A stretch of 64,000 nt of DNA from Chiloscyllium plagiosum (taxonomy: Eukaryota). Positions 37,056 through 49,361 of the stretch are shown one piece after another. The notes under the pieces were generated by a model. The model saw only the letters and a program-made list of their open reading frames with translations, made no database searches and was not told the origin of the DNA. The translations under genes were made by a program, and so were the position numbers. Numbering within the stretch: position 1 is the stretch's first letter; each line of letters starts with the position of its first letter. The stretch is taken from contig NC_057726.1 of assembly GCF_004010195.1 (NCBI RefSeq), positions 14,890,572 through 14,954,571 of the forward strand. The letters run 5' to 3'.

Positions 37056-39311
37056 GGATCCTTTTTACTGACCTTGAATTATTCTAAGGTCTTTAATCAT
37101 ATTTTACAATGACTTTTCATGCTGTCTGCGGCTGCCCACTGTCTCTGGTCTTGATCTCTGCTGAGACTATTATGGGAGGTAGTTAAGTGATCGTTAGCTC
37201 ATTTTATTATGCTGTAATATTTTAGTTCTAACATGTGCTTCCCTTGTTTACCTTGTTCTATTTTGTACAGAATTGTCTTTTTTTTTCATTTTTAATCACG
37301 AGATAATTGACAACAATGAAAGCTGAGAAACTGCTGATGAATTGTAGCTATATCTCCTCATCATGCCAAAAAGTTTAACAATACATGGGGAACGTTGTAG
37401 GTGACTCATTCGTGTCTACAGAATATCTGTATCACCTTGAGGACATCAGCCAGGCAGCAACTTGTATCTTTATTGTAAATGGTAAATGCTAATATCAGTC
37501 CAAAGTGAATTGTAGAAGAACTGCAAAGGTGAGGCTGGAACACTCTCTCCCCTCCACCCCCCCCACCCCCCTTCCCCCGCACTGTTTATAGTGTAAGAGT
37601 TAAAAGGGAGGCTGGGAGCATCTGCAAATTGCAATCTATGCCAAGACACATGTTTGTTTGATTTCCACTATTACTACAAACTGCAATGGGTTAAGGGCAT
37701 TTTTGACTTATTGGCACCACCCAATCCCCATGCATGTCAGATAAAGCAAATTTTACTCTTATTCACTACTGCTGCTGTCATATCAGTATTAATTTAGAAA
37801 CAAAAGCACATTTTTGTCCTTTTCATCTATTTTAGTTTCTCTCTGCTGAATTATGGGGAGTCTTGTGCAATTTTTCGATACTTGCCAGACATTTCTCCCA
37901 TACCCACTAGTCATTAGGGCTGGTAATGGATACCTGGGGGATACAGATTTATTTCTGTTGATGAACTTGACTTGGATCAGGACCCAAGTTTCAAAGGTTG
38001 AATGGAGTGCAATAATCCTCTTTGTGTCATAATCCTTTGATGCAAGTGTTCTTCTAAATGATTAAAGCAAGGTGCAGAGTTCTGGTGTTATGCGGAGTAT
38101 ACCAGCAAGGTTTTAATGAAAGAGAAAGAAGACAAATTAATCGGGAAAGTAGCCAGTAGGACATGTTTTGAAAGCCTGAATATTATAAGAGGGAGATAAC
38201 AAGAAGGAAATTAAAGAGTCATGAAACTGAGTGGACTTAGACTTCAATGGAGTGAGTTTAAATGATGCGGAAGGAGTGTGGATACATTTGGAGGTTAGGA
38301 GGGGAAAGACAGAACAGTAAAGAGGTGCACTGACCATAGTAGGGTTGGTGGAGTATAGAAAGAATGAATGTTATACTTGAGAAGAGAGTTACTGTCAGAA
38401 TACTGTCAGTATTTCATATCGTATTCAAAAATGCAAGTCCAGGAGGGGTGCTCAAGGATGGGAATTATGGAGACTTGGCCCTGAAGTAATTCCACAGAGG
38501 CTGTCACCAAGTTACCTTTTAATTACACATGAGCAGACCTGGACTATAGTCAGGCACCAGAGTGCCAGTATCCACAAGCACTCACCCTTTGGAAATGTCA
38601 GCCAAGGCCTTCTGATTGGGTGTTAATTTGATCCAATCAGGGACCTCACTTTCTAAGAGGTGCAGCTGGCTAAACTCATTATAATCATTGCAGGCCCCAG
38701 TTCTGTTCCTGTTTCAAATGTGCAGAGATGTGAAAAGTTCTAGCTCTGTGAGCCTGACCTTTAGAAATGGCCAGCTGCAGACCCTTTGTGGGTTCTCAGA
38801 TGAGTCATACTGGATCAGAAGTCAGGTCGGGTCATCCAGTACGGTTCTGAAGGAGAGCCACCAGATTGGAAGTGCTTACTGTTTCTCTCTACAGACCTGT
38901 CGAGTTTCTCCAACAATTTCTGTTTTTCTGAGTAACCTAGTAGGTTGCTGGCTCTTGAGGCTGATTGCATGGAAAGCCTGCCTCGGGTTTCTGGTGCTGT
39001 CCAAATATTAAACTAAAAGGATCAAATCGAAAGCATTCCTCCCTGTGTCACCACTTACATATCTCACTTCCACTCACTCCCATACATGTCCCATGAATGC
39101 TATCGCCTGCTCTGCTACCCCATGTCTCTCTATCCATGGCTCCTTCTACCCTTTTGCCAAGTTAGTTCTTATTTCCACACGTCACCCTTTCTGTCTTCAC
39201 ATATCATGCCAACTCACCTAAATTTTTAAAAAATCTATATTGCAGACTATACTCAGTTGAGAAAAGAACATGCATTCAAAATATTTTTACTGTTTTGACA
39301 CTACTTGGGAA

Positions 39312-39952
39312 GTCATAGAGTCATAGAGATGTACAGCATGAAACAGACCCTTCAGTCAAACTTGTCCATGCTGACCAGATATCCTAACCCAATCTAGTCC
39401 CACCTGCCAGCACTCGGACCATATACCTCCAAACCCTTCCTATTCATATACCCATCCAAATGCCTTTTAAATGTTGCAATTGTACTCACCTCCACCACTT
39501 CCTCTGGCAGCTCACTCCATGCACGTACCACCCTCTGCGTGAAAAAGTTGCCCCTTAGGTCTCTTTTATATCTTTCCCCTCTCAGCCTAAACCTATGCCC
39601 TCTAGTTCTGGACCCCCCCACCCCAGGGAAGAAACTTTGTCTATTTATCCTATCCATGCCCCTCATGATTTTATAAACCTTCGTAAGGTCACCCCTCAGC
39701 CTCTGACACTTCAGGAAAAACAGCCCTAGCCTGTTCAGCCTCTCTCCATAGCTCAAATCCTCCAACCCTGGCAACATCCTTGTAAATCTTTTCTGAACCC
39801 TTTCAAGTTTCATAACATCTTTCCAGTAGGAAGGAGACCAGAATTGCATGCAATATTCCAAAGATGGCCTAACCAATGTCCTGTACAGCTGCAACATGAC
39901 CTTCCAATTCCTGTACACAATACTCTGACCAATAAAGGAAAGCATACCAACC
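39312..39952 (-). mobile_element. Young CR1 (HER1-like) 3' fragment with an uninterrupted frame
   Basis: ORF 39394-39966 (-): LYRTLVRPSLEYCMQFWSPSY..RLRGDLTKVYKIMRG..TRGHRFRL..FFTQRVVRAWSELP. Tail (tctatgac)n. Confidence 0.92.
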
Positions 39953-40250
39953 ACATGTCTTGACACTTCTTAACAGTTCTTAAGTGTGACACTTTTTGAC
40001 CGATTTTTTTTTACTGATAGGTTTTGATGGGTCTTGAACAGTTCAACGCTACTTGAGAACTCTTGACAAGTTGGACACTTCCTGACAGATCTTCACACGT
40101 CTTGGCAGTGCTTGACAAGTTTGACATTTATTGACAGATCTCAACAAGCTTGAAACCTCTTGACATGTCTTGACATTCTTGAGACATATTGACCCGTCTT
40201 GAAAAGTTTAGTGTTGTGCAACAGATCTTGACAAATTTGACAGGTTTCAC
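39953..40250. repeat. Degenerate ~9-10 bp (CTTGACA-core) tandem array
   Basis: Many variants such as tcttgacaag, tttgacattt, cttgacatgt and cttgacattc. Similar tracts occur at ~58800-58880 and 59893-59903. Confidence 0.7.
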
Positions 40251-41094
40251 ATTTCTTTCAAAGAAATGGCTGTTCCAAGGGGTTGAGACACCTTTTATAC
40301 ACATTTTGTCTTATAATTAACAATCCCAAAGGGTACCTGACCCCACAAATGGCTTCCTAACTCCTTTCTGAAGAGTACCTGACATTCTAGCCCCAAAAGG
40401 ATATCTGACCACCATTTCAAGGATCTTTGGACCACAACTACATGGGCTCCTCAGCTCTCCCATGAAAATGCCAAATGTCAGGGTCCAGGGTCATTGACAT
40501 CTCCTGCCATTCTCCTAGTGATGGAGACTCACTCTATCATGTTGAAAATCTCAACCTTGAGCTTTCAAATGGGGAGTTAGTAATGGCTAAATGAAACAAA
40601 AGTAGAAACCGTGTTTTTTTGAAATAGATTGAAAAGTGGAGAGCGGGGTTGGTATTTTGGTGGATAAAGAAACAATGCAGGCAGAACTAAATGGAACGGA
40701 CTCAGACTGTGTTGTAAATGGTCATTAGGGCTGCAGATGGTAAAAGAGGATTATATTGTGTTTTATTTCTCCATTGTGTTTTATTTTATGGTGACATTTA
40801 CCTTTATTACCAACTGGAAAAAGTGCAGTGTCCCATTCTGTGGTGCTGAAATGAACTAGCTGAGTGCACTATAATGAAAAGTTAAACCTTTTTCAAGGAA
40901 TATTCTGGGTAATGAAGGCTTCATAATTGGCTGTGACATTTGATTACACATCAAGTATTAACAGTTCTAGGTCAATCACCAGCAATCACTAGATTCTACA
41001 ATGTTATTATCTTAAAGTATTGATGCAATTACAGTAGCAGTTACTGCTGTTTTATTCAGGAATATTTATAGTTGGCCGGAGCTTTGTGACAACA

Positions 41095-41366
41095 GGCGGC
41101 ACGGTGGCACAGTGGTTAGCACTGCTGCCTCACAGTGTCAGAGACCTGGGTTCAATTCCCACCTCAGGCAACTGTCTGTGTGGTGTTTGCACATTCTCCC
41201 TGTATCTGCGTGGGTTTCCTCCCACAGTCCAAAAATGTGCAGGTTAGGTGAACTGGCCATGCTAAATTGCCCGTAGTGTTAGGTGTAGAGGAATGGGTCT
41301 GGGTGGCGGGTTGGTGTGGACTTGTTGGGCTGAAGGGCCTGTTTCCACACTGTAAGTAATCTAATC
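41095..41366 (+). mobile_element. HE1-type V-SINE
   Basis: ggcggcacggtggcacagtggttagcactgctgcctcacag..gggttcaattccc..taagtaatctaatc. Confidence 0.9.
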
Positions 41367-41817
41367 AAAACAGTCATCTTTGGTGTTTTTCCAATTTTAT
41401 ACTATCAGACGTCTTTTTTGTATTAAACTTTCTTGGCATTGCTGACTTCTAAACAGTTCTAACCCTGTAATCTCGGAAGTCAATTTATTTCTGTTTTATT
41501 ATAAACCACAATTCTAAAATGTTAATGTTATGTTCTTGTTTGACTCATACAGTCTATAAGCCTGAACCATCTTGTCTCACTAATCATCTTTTTGGTAGCG
41601 AGCTGAAGACAGAATGGAGTTCCCCGTAATGTAATATGTGAATAGTATCGGAATGAATTTTACTTGGGGGCCTATTGCTAGCTGTTCCACCAGAAGGACC
41701 ATGCACATTTAGGAAAGTAAAAATTAGGATCAAGCATGGGTCATTCAGCCCCTCAAGCCTGCTTTGCCATTCAATCAGATCATTATGGATCTGTCTACAT
41801 TTCGAAGACAGCATTCC

Positions 41818-42880
41818 CATGGATGTAGGTTTCTTGCTGAGCTGGAAGGTTCGTTTTCAGACATTTCATCTCCATACTAGGTAACATCATCAGTGAGCCC
41901 CCAGATGAAACCATGGTCTGAGTAGTCTAGCAGTCATTTCTGAGATGTCTTTGATGAAGGAGAGAGTGGCTAGTGTTTCTGGACGTGTTTTGTCTGCTTG
42001 TTGGGATTTATTGCTGAGAAATCATCAGACTGTGTTCATTGGGTACCCGTTCTTTTTGAATACATTGTATAGTGTCAGACTACTCAGGCCCCTTGCTATC
42101 ATGGTACCCCACAAACTCACCAACACACTAAAACAGCATCTAAAGAACTTGAAAGACCCTATACAGACAAGAAGCAAAACTAATGTCATTTACAAAATAC
42201 TGTGCAAGAACTGTAACAAATACAACATTGGACAAACGGGCAGAAAACTAGCCACCAGGATACATGAACGTCAACTAGCCACAAAAAGACATGACCCACT
42301 GTCACTAGTACCTTTACGCCCAGATGAGGAAGGACACCACTTCGACTCGGACAATACATCCATCCTAGGACAAGCCAAACAGAGACATGCACAAGAATTC
42401 CGAGAAGCATGGCATTCCAACCGGAACTCTATCAACAAACACATTGACTTGGATCCCATTTACCACCCCCTGAGAAAAAGAACAGGAAATGCCATCACCA
42501 CCGGAAATGACACCACCAACCCAACCTAAACACATAAGTAAAAAGTGGGTCATACCACCAGTGCTTCATCTGGAGACTTACTGATGATGTTAGAGTGGTG
42601 CTGGAAAAGCATAGCAAGTCGGGCAGCCCTTTGTTGATGAAGGGCTTTTGCCTGAAACATCGATTTTCCTGCTCCTTGGATGCTACCTGACTTGCTGTGC
42701 TTTGCCAGCACCACTCTAATCTTGACTCTAATCTCCAGCATCTGCAGTACCCACTTTTGCTTCACTGAAGATGTTATCCAGTATGGTGACGAAACGAATA
42801 GAAAATGAACCTTCCAGCTCAGCGAACAAACCTATATCCAGAACCTCCACTTGAGCTGCAAATCTTCTCAAAACTCGCTA
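41818..42880 (+). mobile_element. PLE family C copy with an inverted terminus (41818-41915), an inverted internal segment (~41917-42072), a sense GIY-YIG part and a nested family A insert (42593-42763)
   Basis: Sense: RLLRPLAIMVPHK..TNVIYKILCKNCNKYNIGQTGRKLATRIHERQ..EAWHSNRNSINKHIDLDPIY. Minus piece: LYNVFKKNGYPMN..PETLATLSFIKDISEMTARLLR. The nested insert has TSD actga(t/a)gatgtta at 42580-42592 and 42764-42776. Confidence 0.88.
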
Positions 42881-43118
42881 GCGTTCCTATCTTACCCCTT
42901 GATTCCTCTGCCTAACAAAAATCAATATTCCATGACCGTGCCTCCACTGCCTTCTGGGGCAGTGAGTTCCAAAATCACATAACTCTCTGACAGAAAAATT
43001 GGATGATCCCTCAGCTTTTAAACAGTGATCCCTAGTTCTGGACTCACCTGCCAGAGGAAATACCCTTTCAAGGTTTACTTTGTCAAAGCCATTGAGGATC
43101 TTGTATACTTCAGTGAAG

Positions 43119-43611
43119 TGTGAAGACAGTGTGTTTGACTGAAACAGAGAAAGAGCTGTTTTCCAGCAAGGGACTGAAGCAAGAATTGCTAAATGTTTAA
43201 AAATTAAACTTCTGAAGTTCATTCTAAGTTGTGTTTACGCTGCTGCTTTGTTCAAACGGTGAAGGAGGGTGTATAGACAGAATGGCACCAGGGGTGTACA
43301 AAGTGAGATTCAGCCAGCAACGGGTTGCTGATTGGTTTCTGGAGTTGTGACTAGTTGTGGATTGAGGCAAAGAGAACAGAGAAGATAAGAACATTAGAGT
43401 TTTAATTGGCAGTGTTCATAGTTGTTTACCAGTATTAATTTGTAATAAACAGTAGTTTTTGAAAGTACAGAAACCTGATCAGTGTTTCTGTTTACCCTGA
43501 GTCTACTCTACAGTTAAAGTGGGGACTTTGTGTACTTTGATAAAATGTTTAAGTTCAGTGATGACTCTGGGGGGAAAAAAGGCTTAATTTTTACCCAGTG
43601 ATGCATGAGAC
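43119..43611. mobile_element. LTR-like repeat inserted in a minus-strand CR1 (42887-43118); homologous fragment at ~45260-45560
   Basis: Ends TGTGAAG...GAGACA and interrupts CR1 at cagtgaag|..|agtcacccctc. The internal stretch gctgctttgttcaaa..gaaggagggtg..attcagccagcaac..ggagttgtgactagttgtggattg recurs at 45300-45425. Confidence 0.5.
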
Positions 43612-44042
43612 AAGTCACCCCTCTAAAGTGAGACAATTGATTGAAATTGATGTTAAAGTCTAAGTATAACCAAATGTAGCTGTGAGGGTTTTTTTTCTAG
43701 ACATCATGGGAAATGTAACCAATATGGTAAACATTATGGAATAGGAAATACTTTATATGGAAGCCCTAGCTAAGAATGTATGTTTTTAAAACTGAATGAA
43801 CTTCACAGCATGAAAATGAATCTCTGGCTATGAGGGGATAAGTAGGAGACCTCATTAGGCTCATAGTGATAACTGTTGTCCCACAGCTAATGACAACATG
43901 GAAGGGTTGTCTGCTGAACATGTCTATCCCTGTTTTATTTATAATATATGATGTAAGGGCTCAGATAGTTGATGGCAAGTGAATAATAACATTGCACTGA
44001 AACGTGAGAAATAAGACAATGAATAATCATGATCAGTATTCT

Positions 44043-44357
44043 GGGTGGCATGGTGGCTCAGTGGTTAGCACTACTGCCTCACAGCACAAGGGACCTGGGT
44101 TCAATCCCTGGCTTGGGCAGCTATCCATGTGGAGTTTGCGTGTTCTCTGCCTGCGTTTCCTCTGGATGCTCCAGTTTCCTCTCAATCCAAAGATGTGCAG
44201 GCCAGGTGAATTGGCTATGCTAAATTGCCCATAATGTTCAGTGCATTAGTCAGGGGTAAATGTAGGGGAATGGCTCTGGGTGGGTTGCTCTCCAGAGGGT
44301 TGGTGTGGACTTTTTGGGCTGAAGGGCCTGTTTTCATACTGTCGGGAATCTAATCTA
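44043..44357 (+). mobile_element. HE1-type V-SINE
   Basis: tRNA-like head ggtggctcagtggttagcact with B box gggttcaatccc, V-domain and (aatct)n tail. Confidence 0.88.
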
Positions 44358-44411
44358 TGTCTTGATGGTTGACTGCCAGCATACATCTGTCAAATAAAGT
44401 CTATAATAACT

Positions 44412-44541
44412 AGGATTCCTGAAGAAGTGCTCATGCTTGAAACATTGATTCTCCTGCTCCTTGGATGCTGCCTGACCTGCTGCGTTTTTCCAGCAACACA
44501 TTTTCAGCTCTGATCTCCAGCATCTGCAGTACTCACTTTCT
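44412..44541 (+). mobile_element. PLE family A terminus
   Basis: Decayed hammerhead cctgaagaagtgctcatgcttgaaacatt plus tail. TSD tctataataact at 44400-44411 and 44542-44553. Confidence 0.8.
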
Positions 44542-44629
44542 TCTATAATAACTGTAACAAAGCCTCAAAGTGGCTTTATCAAACCACACAACACTTCATT
44601 TTTCCAAAACTCTAGTGGAAACAGGCTGA

Positions 44630-46030
44630 GTTTATCCAACCTTTCTTCATCAGACAACTTAGTTGTTCTAGGTATTAATTGAGTAAATTTTCTCTGAACC
44701 ACTTCAAATACATTAACATCCTAAACAAGGAGATCAAAACTGCACAGTGTATTCAAAATGTAGGTCACACTTAATGTCCTGCATCAATGAAACATAGCAT
44801 CCTTACTTTTATGTTCAATTCCTTTCCTAGTAAAGTTTGACATTCCATTAACTTTTATTTGCAGGGCTGTAGCAGCATTGCAATATTTTCTTCACGTAAG
44901 CACTAGAAATCTAGCTCATTTTCCACCTCATAATTCTACAGTTGTTCTCCATTTAAGTATTCTTCCTTCCAAGGTGAACAGTATCATGGTTTCCAGCATT
45001 GTACTCCATCTGTCAGATATTTACTTTCTCATTCAACATATCTATATACATTTGCAATCTCCTTATATCCTCCTCATAACATGCTTTTCTTTGGGTCATC
45101 AGCAAATTTAGCTACCATGCATTTCTTCATCTCATCTAAGTCATAAATGTAAATTGTAAAAAGCTGAATCCCTGCTTGATTTCACTTGTTACTTCCAGCA
45201 AATCATGAATTGACTAATTCATGCAGACTCTGTTTTCTTCCATTATTCTATTTTTAAAAAGCAAACTTTAAAGAAGCTCATTGTAAGTTATGTTTACATT
45301 GCTGCTTTGTTCAAATAGTGAAGGAGGGTGTTTGTAGACAGACCGGCACCAGGCATATACAAAGTGATATTCAGCCAGCAACAGGTTGCTGCGGGTTTGT
45401 GGAGTTGTGACTAGTTGTGGATTGGTGGGTGGTGGTGCTTGGAAGTTGAGGGTTGGAGTTTTAGCTAGTTGAGTATATGTTAGCAGTATCTAGTTGTTTA
45501 ACAGTAGTTAGAATCAGTGGTTATTTGGAATAAATAGTAGTTTTTGTAAGTACAGAAATGATCAATCTTCTTTATGTGCTGCTGTGTAAACCCTTACACC
45601 ATGGCTTGCTATTTGGAGCAATAGCCTTTTCTGTGAAACTTTATCATGTGCTTTGTGGAAAACCAAGTAAAGTATGTTTACTGGCTCCCCTTTATCCAGA
45701 GCACATGTAGCTCCAATCAAAAGCTGCAACAAATTGGTCAAACATGATTTCCTTTTCAGAAAACCTTGTCCCAACTACGTTGAGTTTTTCTAAGTACACA
45801 GCTACAACCTTCATATCGACTGACTCAAATACCTTCCTCATGACAAATGTTAAGTTCCTATTTTCTCCCTCCTTCCCTCCTTTTAAAAGATGGGATAAAT
45901 CAATGTTTTTTAGTGATTTTTGAAAAATTAGCACCAACACATCCACTACCTTATGAACTACTTCTAGGACTTGACAATGAAGTCCACTTGGAGCTAGAGA
46001 CTTGTCAGTACACATCTCCATCTCTTTGCT
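44630..46030 (-). mobile_element. Old CR1 relic (interrupted)
   Basis: Minus-strand GFLKRKSCLTNLLQLL..DKGEPVNILYLVFHKAHDKVSQKRLL (RT domain). Confidence 0.75.
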
Positions 46031-46404
46031 GAGTACTTGTTTCCATGCTGTACATCTCTATGACTCTATGATTCTATTGCTTCCCTGGTGATTGTAACTG
46101 CAGCACGGAAAGTTGATGCATTACCACGTGATGAACAACAAGACCACTCTACAGCAATATGCTGTGTAGCCAGGTGGGGAGGAATAAAGGCTGGCAGGAT
46201 GTGGGGAGGGGGCAAAGAGCATTTTGTGGTGTGGTGTAGTGACTGCTCCCAATGCACACAAGGTATTCCACTTAGAAGATATGACCACTCTCCTTCCTGC
46301 CTTTTCCACACAATTATTTATAAAAACGACCTTCTGAATCTCACCCTTGCTCATGCCAATTGTCTTCCAAGAATCATCTCAGTTGGCTTGTTAACTTGCC
46401 CATT

Positions 46405-46712
46405 GTTAATCTAGGTAATGTTCTGGGGACTCGGGTTCAAATCCTGCAATGGCAGATGGTGGAATTTCAGTTCAATAAAAATCTGGAATTAAGCATCTGA
46501 CGATGACCATGAATCCATTGTCGATTGTCAGAAAAGCTCATCTGGTTCACTTATGTCCTTAGAGAAGGAAATTGCCATCCTTACCTGGTCTGGCCTACGT
46601 ATGACTCCAGACCCACAGCAGTGCAGTTGACTCTTAACTGATCTCTGGTCAATTGGATGAGCAATAAATGCTGATGTAGCCAGCAATGTCCTCATCCCAT
46701 GAATTAATTTAA
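46405..46712 (+). mobile_element. tRNA-headed SINE (same family as 8352), head truncated
   Basis: B box ggttcaaatcc at 46434-46444; body catctggttcacttatgtcctt..gactccagacccacagca; tail gcaataaatgctg..catcccatgaat. Confidence 0.8.
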
Positions 46713-48489
46713 AAAATTATCTTTTCAAAACTTTCAGGAGGTTTGCTGATTTCAGTATCCAGCTACCTACCATACTGGGCAGATCAGAGAGGGATACTTA
46801 TCCTTTTGCCATGAAAGTATTAACAGAAGTGTTTACAAATGATGGATATAGTTGATTTTATTTTTGTTTTGACTTCATCTTGAGTGACTGGTCTTGTTTC
46901 TTACAGGGTGAGCTCTGAGCAAAAAGGTGCTCAAAGAGAGAGTCTAATCTACAAATCATTTGGGTGTTAGGCTCGATGATAGTATAACCCATAAAAAGCA
47001 GCATCAGTGGAAGTAGATGCGCACCATCATTTCAATTTCACCTGCTTTTATTATTTATTTGTTGAGGCTGTTGCATCTATGATGCATATGTGAGACAAAT
47101 TAGATCATCCTCCATTTTTTATGGCCTACTTTCTCCAGATGAGTAGTTTATTACAGCTCTGTTTCCAGTTCATTGAAGGAAACCCTTTTGTGTTTGAATT
47201 GAACTTTGTTCTATCCTCAGGATGTCTCAAAGCCATGCCTAACTACAGATAGAAAAAAAATCACATGACATTAAAAGCACAGACCTACAATATTGCCAAA
47301 ACTGGAGTAAGCCTGAGGACAGTTTTGAAGATCAGCACATATTTATCAAGAAATTACTGAAGAGGGAGGGAGGAGCTGAGGATTATCAGATCAGTCATGA
47401 GCTCATTGAATGGCAGAGCAGATGTGATGGACTGAATGGTCTACTTCTGCTGCTATGTCTTATAGGTAATGGTAACCAGAGGATGCTCAAGGGTCTGCAT
47501 AAAGAAAATGCAGAAACTTAATATGCAAATATGAGAAACAAAGCTCACACACTTCAATAATTGCAGTCCGAGACAAAATCTGAATCAGTAATCTTGCAAG
47601 AGGGTGTGATGTCCAGTGTCTACAAGGCAAGGGACATACACACACACCAAATTCAATTAATACACAATATTTATATAATTTGGTTTCTTTTTTTTCATTG
47701 CTCCTCCCCTGTTTACATCTTCCACTTCCCTAAGACCGGCACCCATTACTCCTGTTTATCTCTTGTCTTATCCGGCCTTGTCTGTGACAAAATGCTTATT
47801 TCTGGCCTCTCAAGGCTGTTTGACCTCATCCCGCTGTAGGTCATTGTTAGGCATATTCTTTCTTCACCATTATCTACTCCCTCCATCTGTACCTTCCCCT
47901 ATTATACTGATCCTTATGACCCTTTTAATTGGGGTTTGTTCCTGTGTTTCTGTAAAAGTGGGAAACAGATGTTTATACCTACAGTTTGTACAGGCGTATC
48001 TAGCTTCCTCCCCTCACAGCATCTTATCTATTCGCCTGTAATATCTACCATTGTTTTGCAGTCACGTTTCATTCTTGCATTCAATTTTAGCTAATACAAA
48101 AACAATTATGTATTTCCTCCACATAATTCCCATTCTTGTTGACTCAGCTCTTGGCTAAAACAATTACACACTGGTGTGAGTTCATTTACTTTGTATAAGT
48201 AATTAGAATTGCAGAAGTAACACTATTTTTCCTACATCCCACACAAATGTCCTATTTGGGAAGCAAATCTGTTTCCTATCAGACTTTGGTGAGACCATAC
48301 CTTGGGTTTTCTTGACTTGTTTTAGTGGTACAGAGAAGGGTTTATGAGATTCATGAGGGCATTGATATTTGAGAACTCATTGAATAGAGTGGATCAATAT
48401 TCTCTGGAGCTGAAAAGGTTAAGAAATCACTTAATTGAAACTCTGAGAGCTTGACGTACTAAATGCTGAGTCACTTTTCTTCAGTCTGT

Positions 48490-49310
48490 GAAGACCATAA
48501 GATATAGAAGCAGAATTAGGCCATTCAGTCCATCGGGTCTGCACTGCCATTCAATCATAACTGACGTATTTCTCAACCCTATTCTTCGGCCTTCTCCCCA
48601 TAACCTTTAGTCCCCTTACTAATTAAGAACCTATCTATCTCTGTCTTAAGGACGCTCAATGACTTTACGCAGAAGCTTATGGAGGCAATGCATTCCACGG
48701 ACTAACCATCCTCTGGCTGAAGAAATTCCTGCTCATCTCAGTTTGAAAGGGTCATCCCTTCACCCTGAGGCTGTGCCCTCAGGTCCCAGTCTCTCCGACT
48801 AGTGTAAACATCTTCTCCACTTTATACAGGCCTCTCAGTGTTCTGTAAGTTTCAATCAGATCACCCCTCATTCTTTGAAACTCCATTTAGTACAGACTCA
48901 GAGTCCTCAACCGCTCCTCATATACTAGCTGAGATAATTTTTGTTAACTTCCTCTGGACCCCCTCCACATCCACATATTGAGATGCAGGCCCAAAACTGC
49001 TCACAATATTCCAAATGTGATGTGACGAGAGTCTTATGCAGTTTCAGCAATAAATCATTGTTCTCGAATTCTCGCCTCTTGAAATGAATGCAAGCATTGC
49101 ATTAGCTTCCTAATTGCCAACTGAACCTGCATGTTAACATTAAATGAATCCTCAATTAGGACTCCTAAACCCCATTGTGCTTCAGATTTCCGAAGCCTTT
49201 CCCCATTTAGAAAGTAGTCTACACCTCTATTCTTCCCGCCGAAGTGCATAATCTCACACGTTTTCCATACTGTGTTCCATCTGTCCACTCTCTTTGCCTG
49301 TCTAAGTCGT
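48490..49310 (-). mobile_element. CR1 3' fragment
   Basis: CEIMHFGGKNRGVDYFLNGERL on the minus strand; tail accataagatatagaagcagaattaggcc. Confidence 0.85.
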
Positions 49311-49361
49311 GAACTAGGAGTCATTTCTCTTACGTTTTAGGAATGAGATGATGAGAAATTG

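Noticed and set aside
39394-39966. 190-aa ORF as a host gene
   Set aside because: C-terminal fragment of CR1 ORF2.
39953-40250. CRISPR-like array or bacterial -35 boxes (TTGACA)
   Set aside because: Eukaryotic context, and a short degenerate tandem repeat without unique spacers.
41095-41170. tRNA gene
   Set aside because: tRNA-derived head of an HE1 SINE, followed by the V-domain and LINE-like tail.
41945-42529. 194-aa GIY-YIG ORF as a domesticated gene
   Set aside because: The N-terminus is antisense element sequence from an inversion, conserved positions are mutated (YNIG, HER) and there is no splice support. It is a PLE relic.
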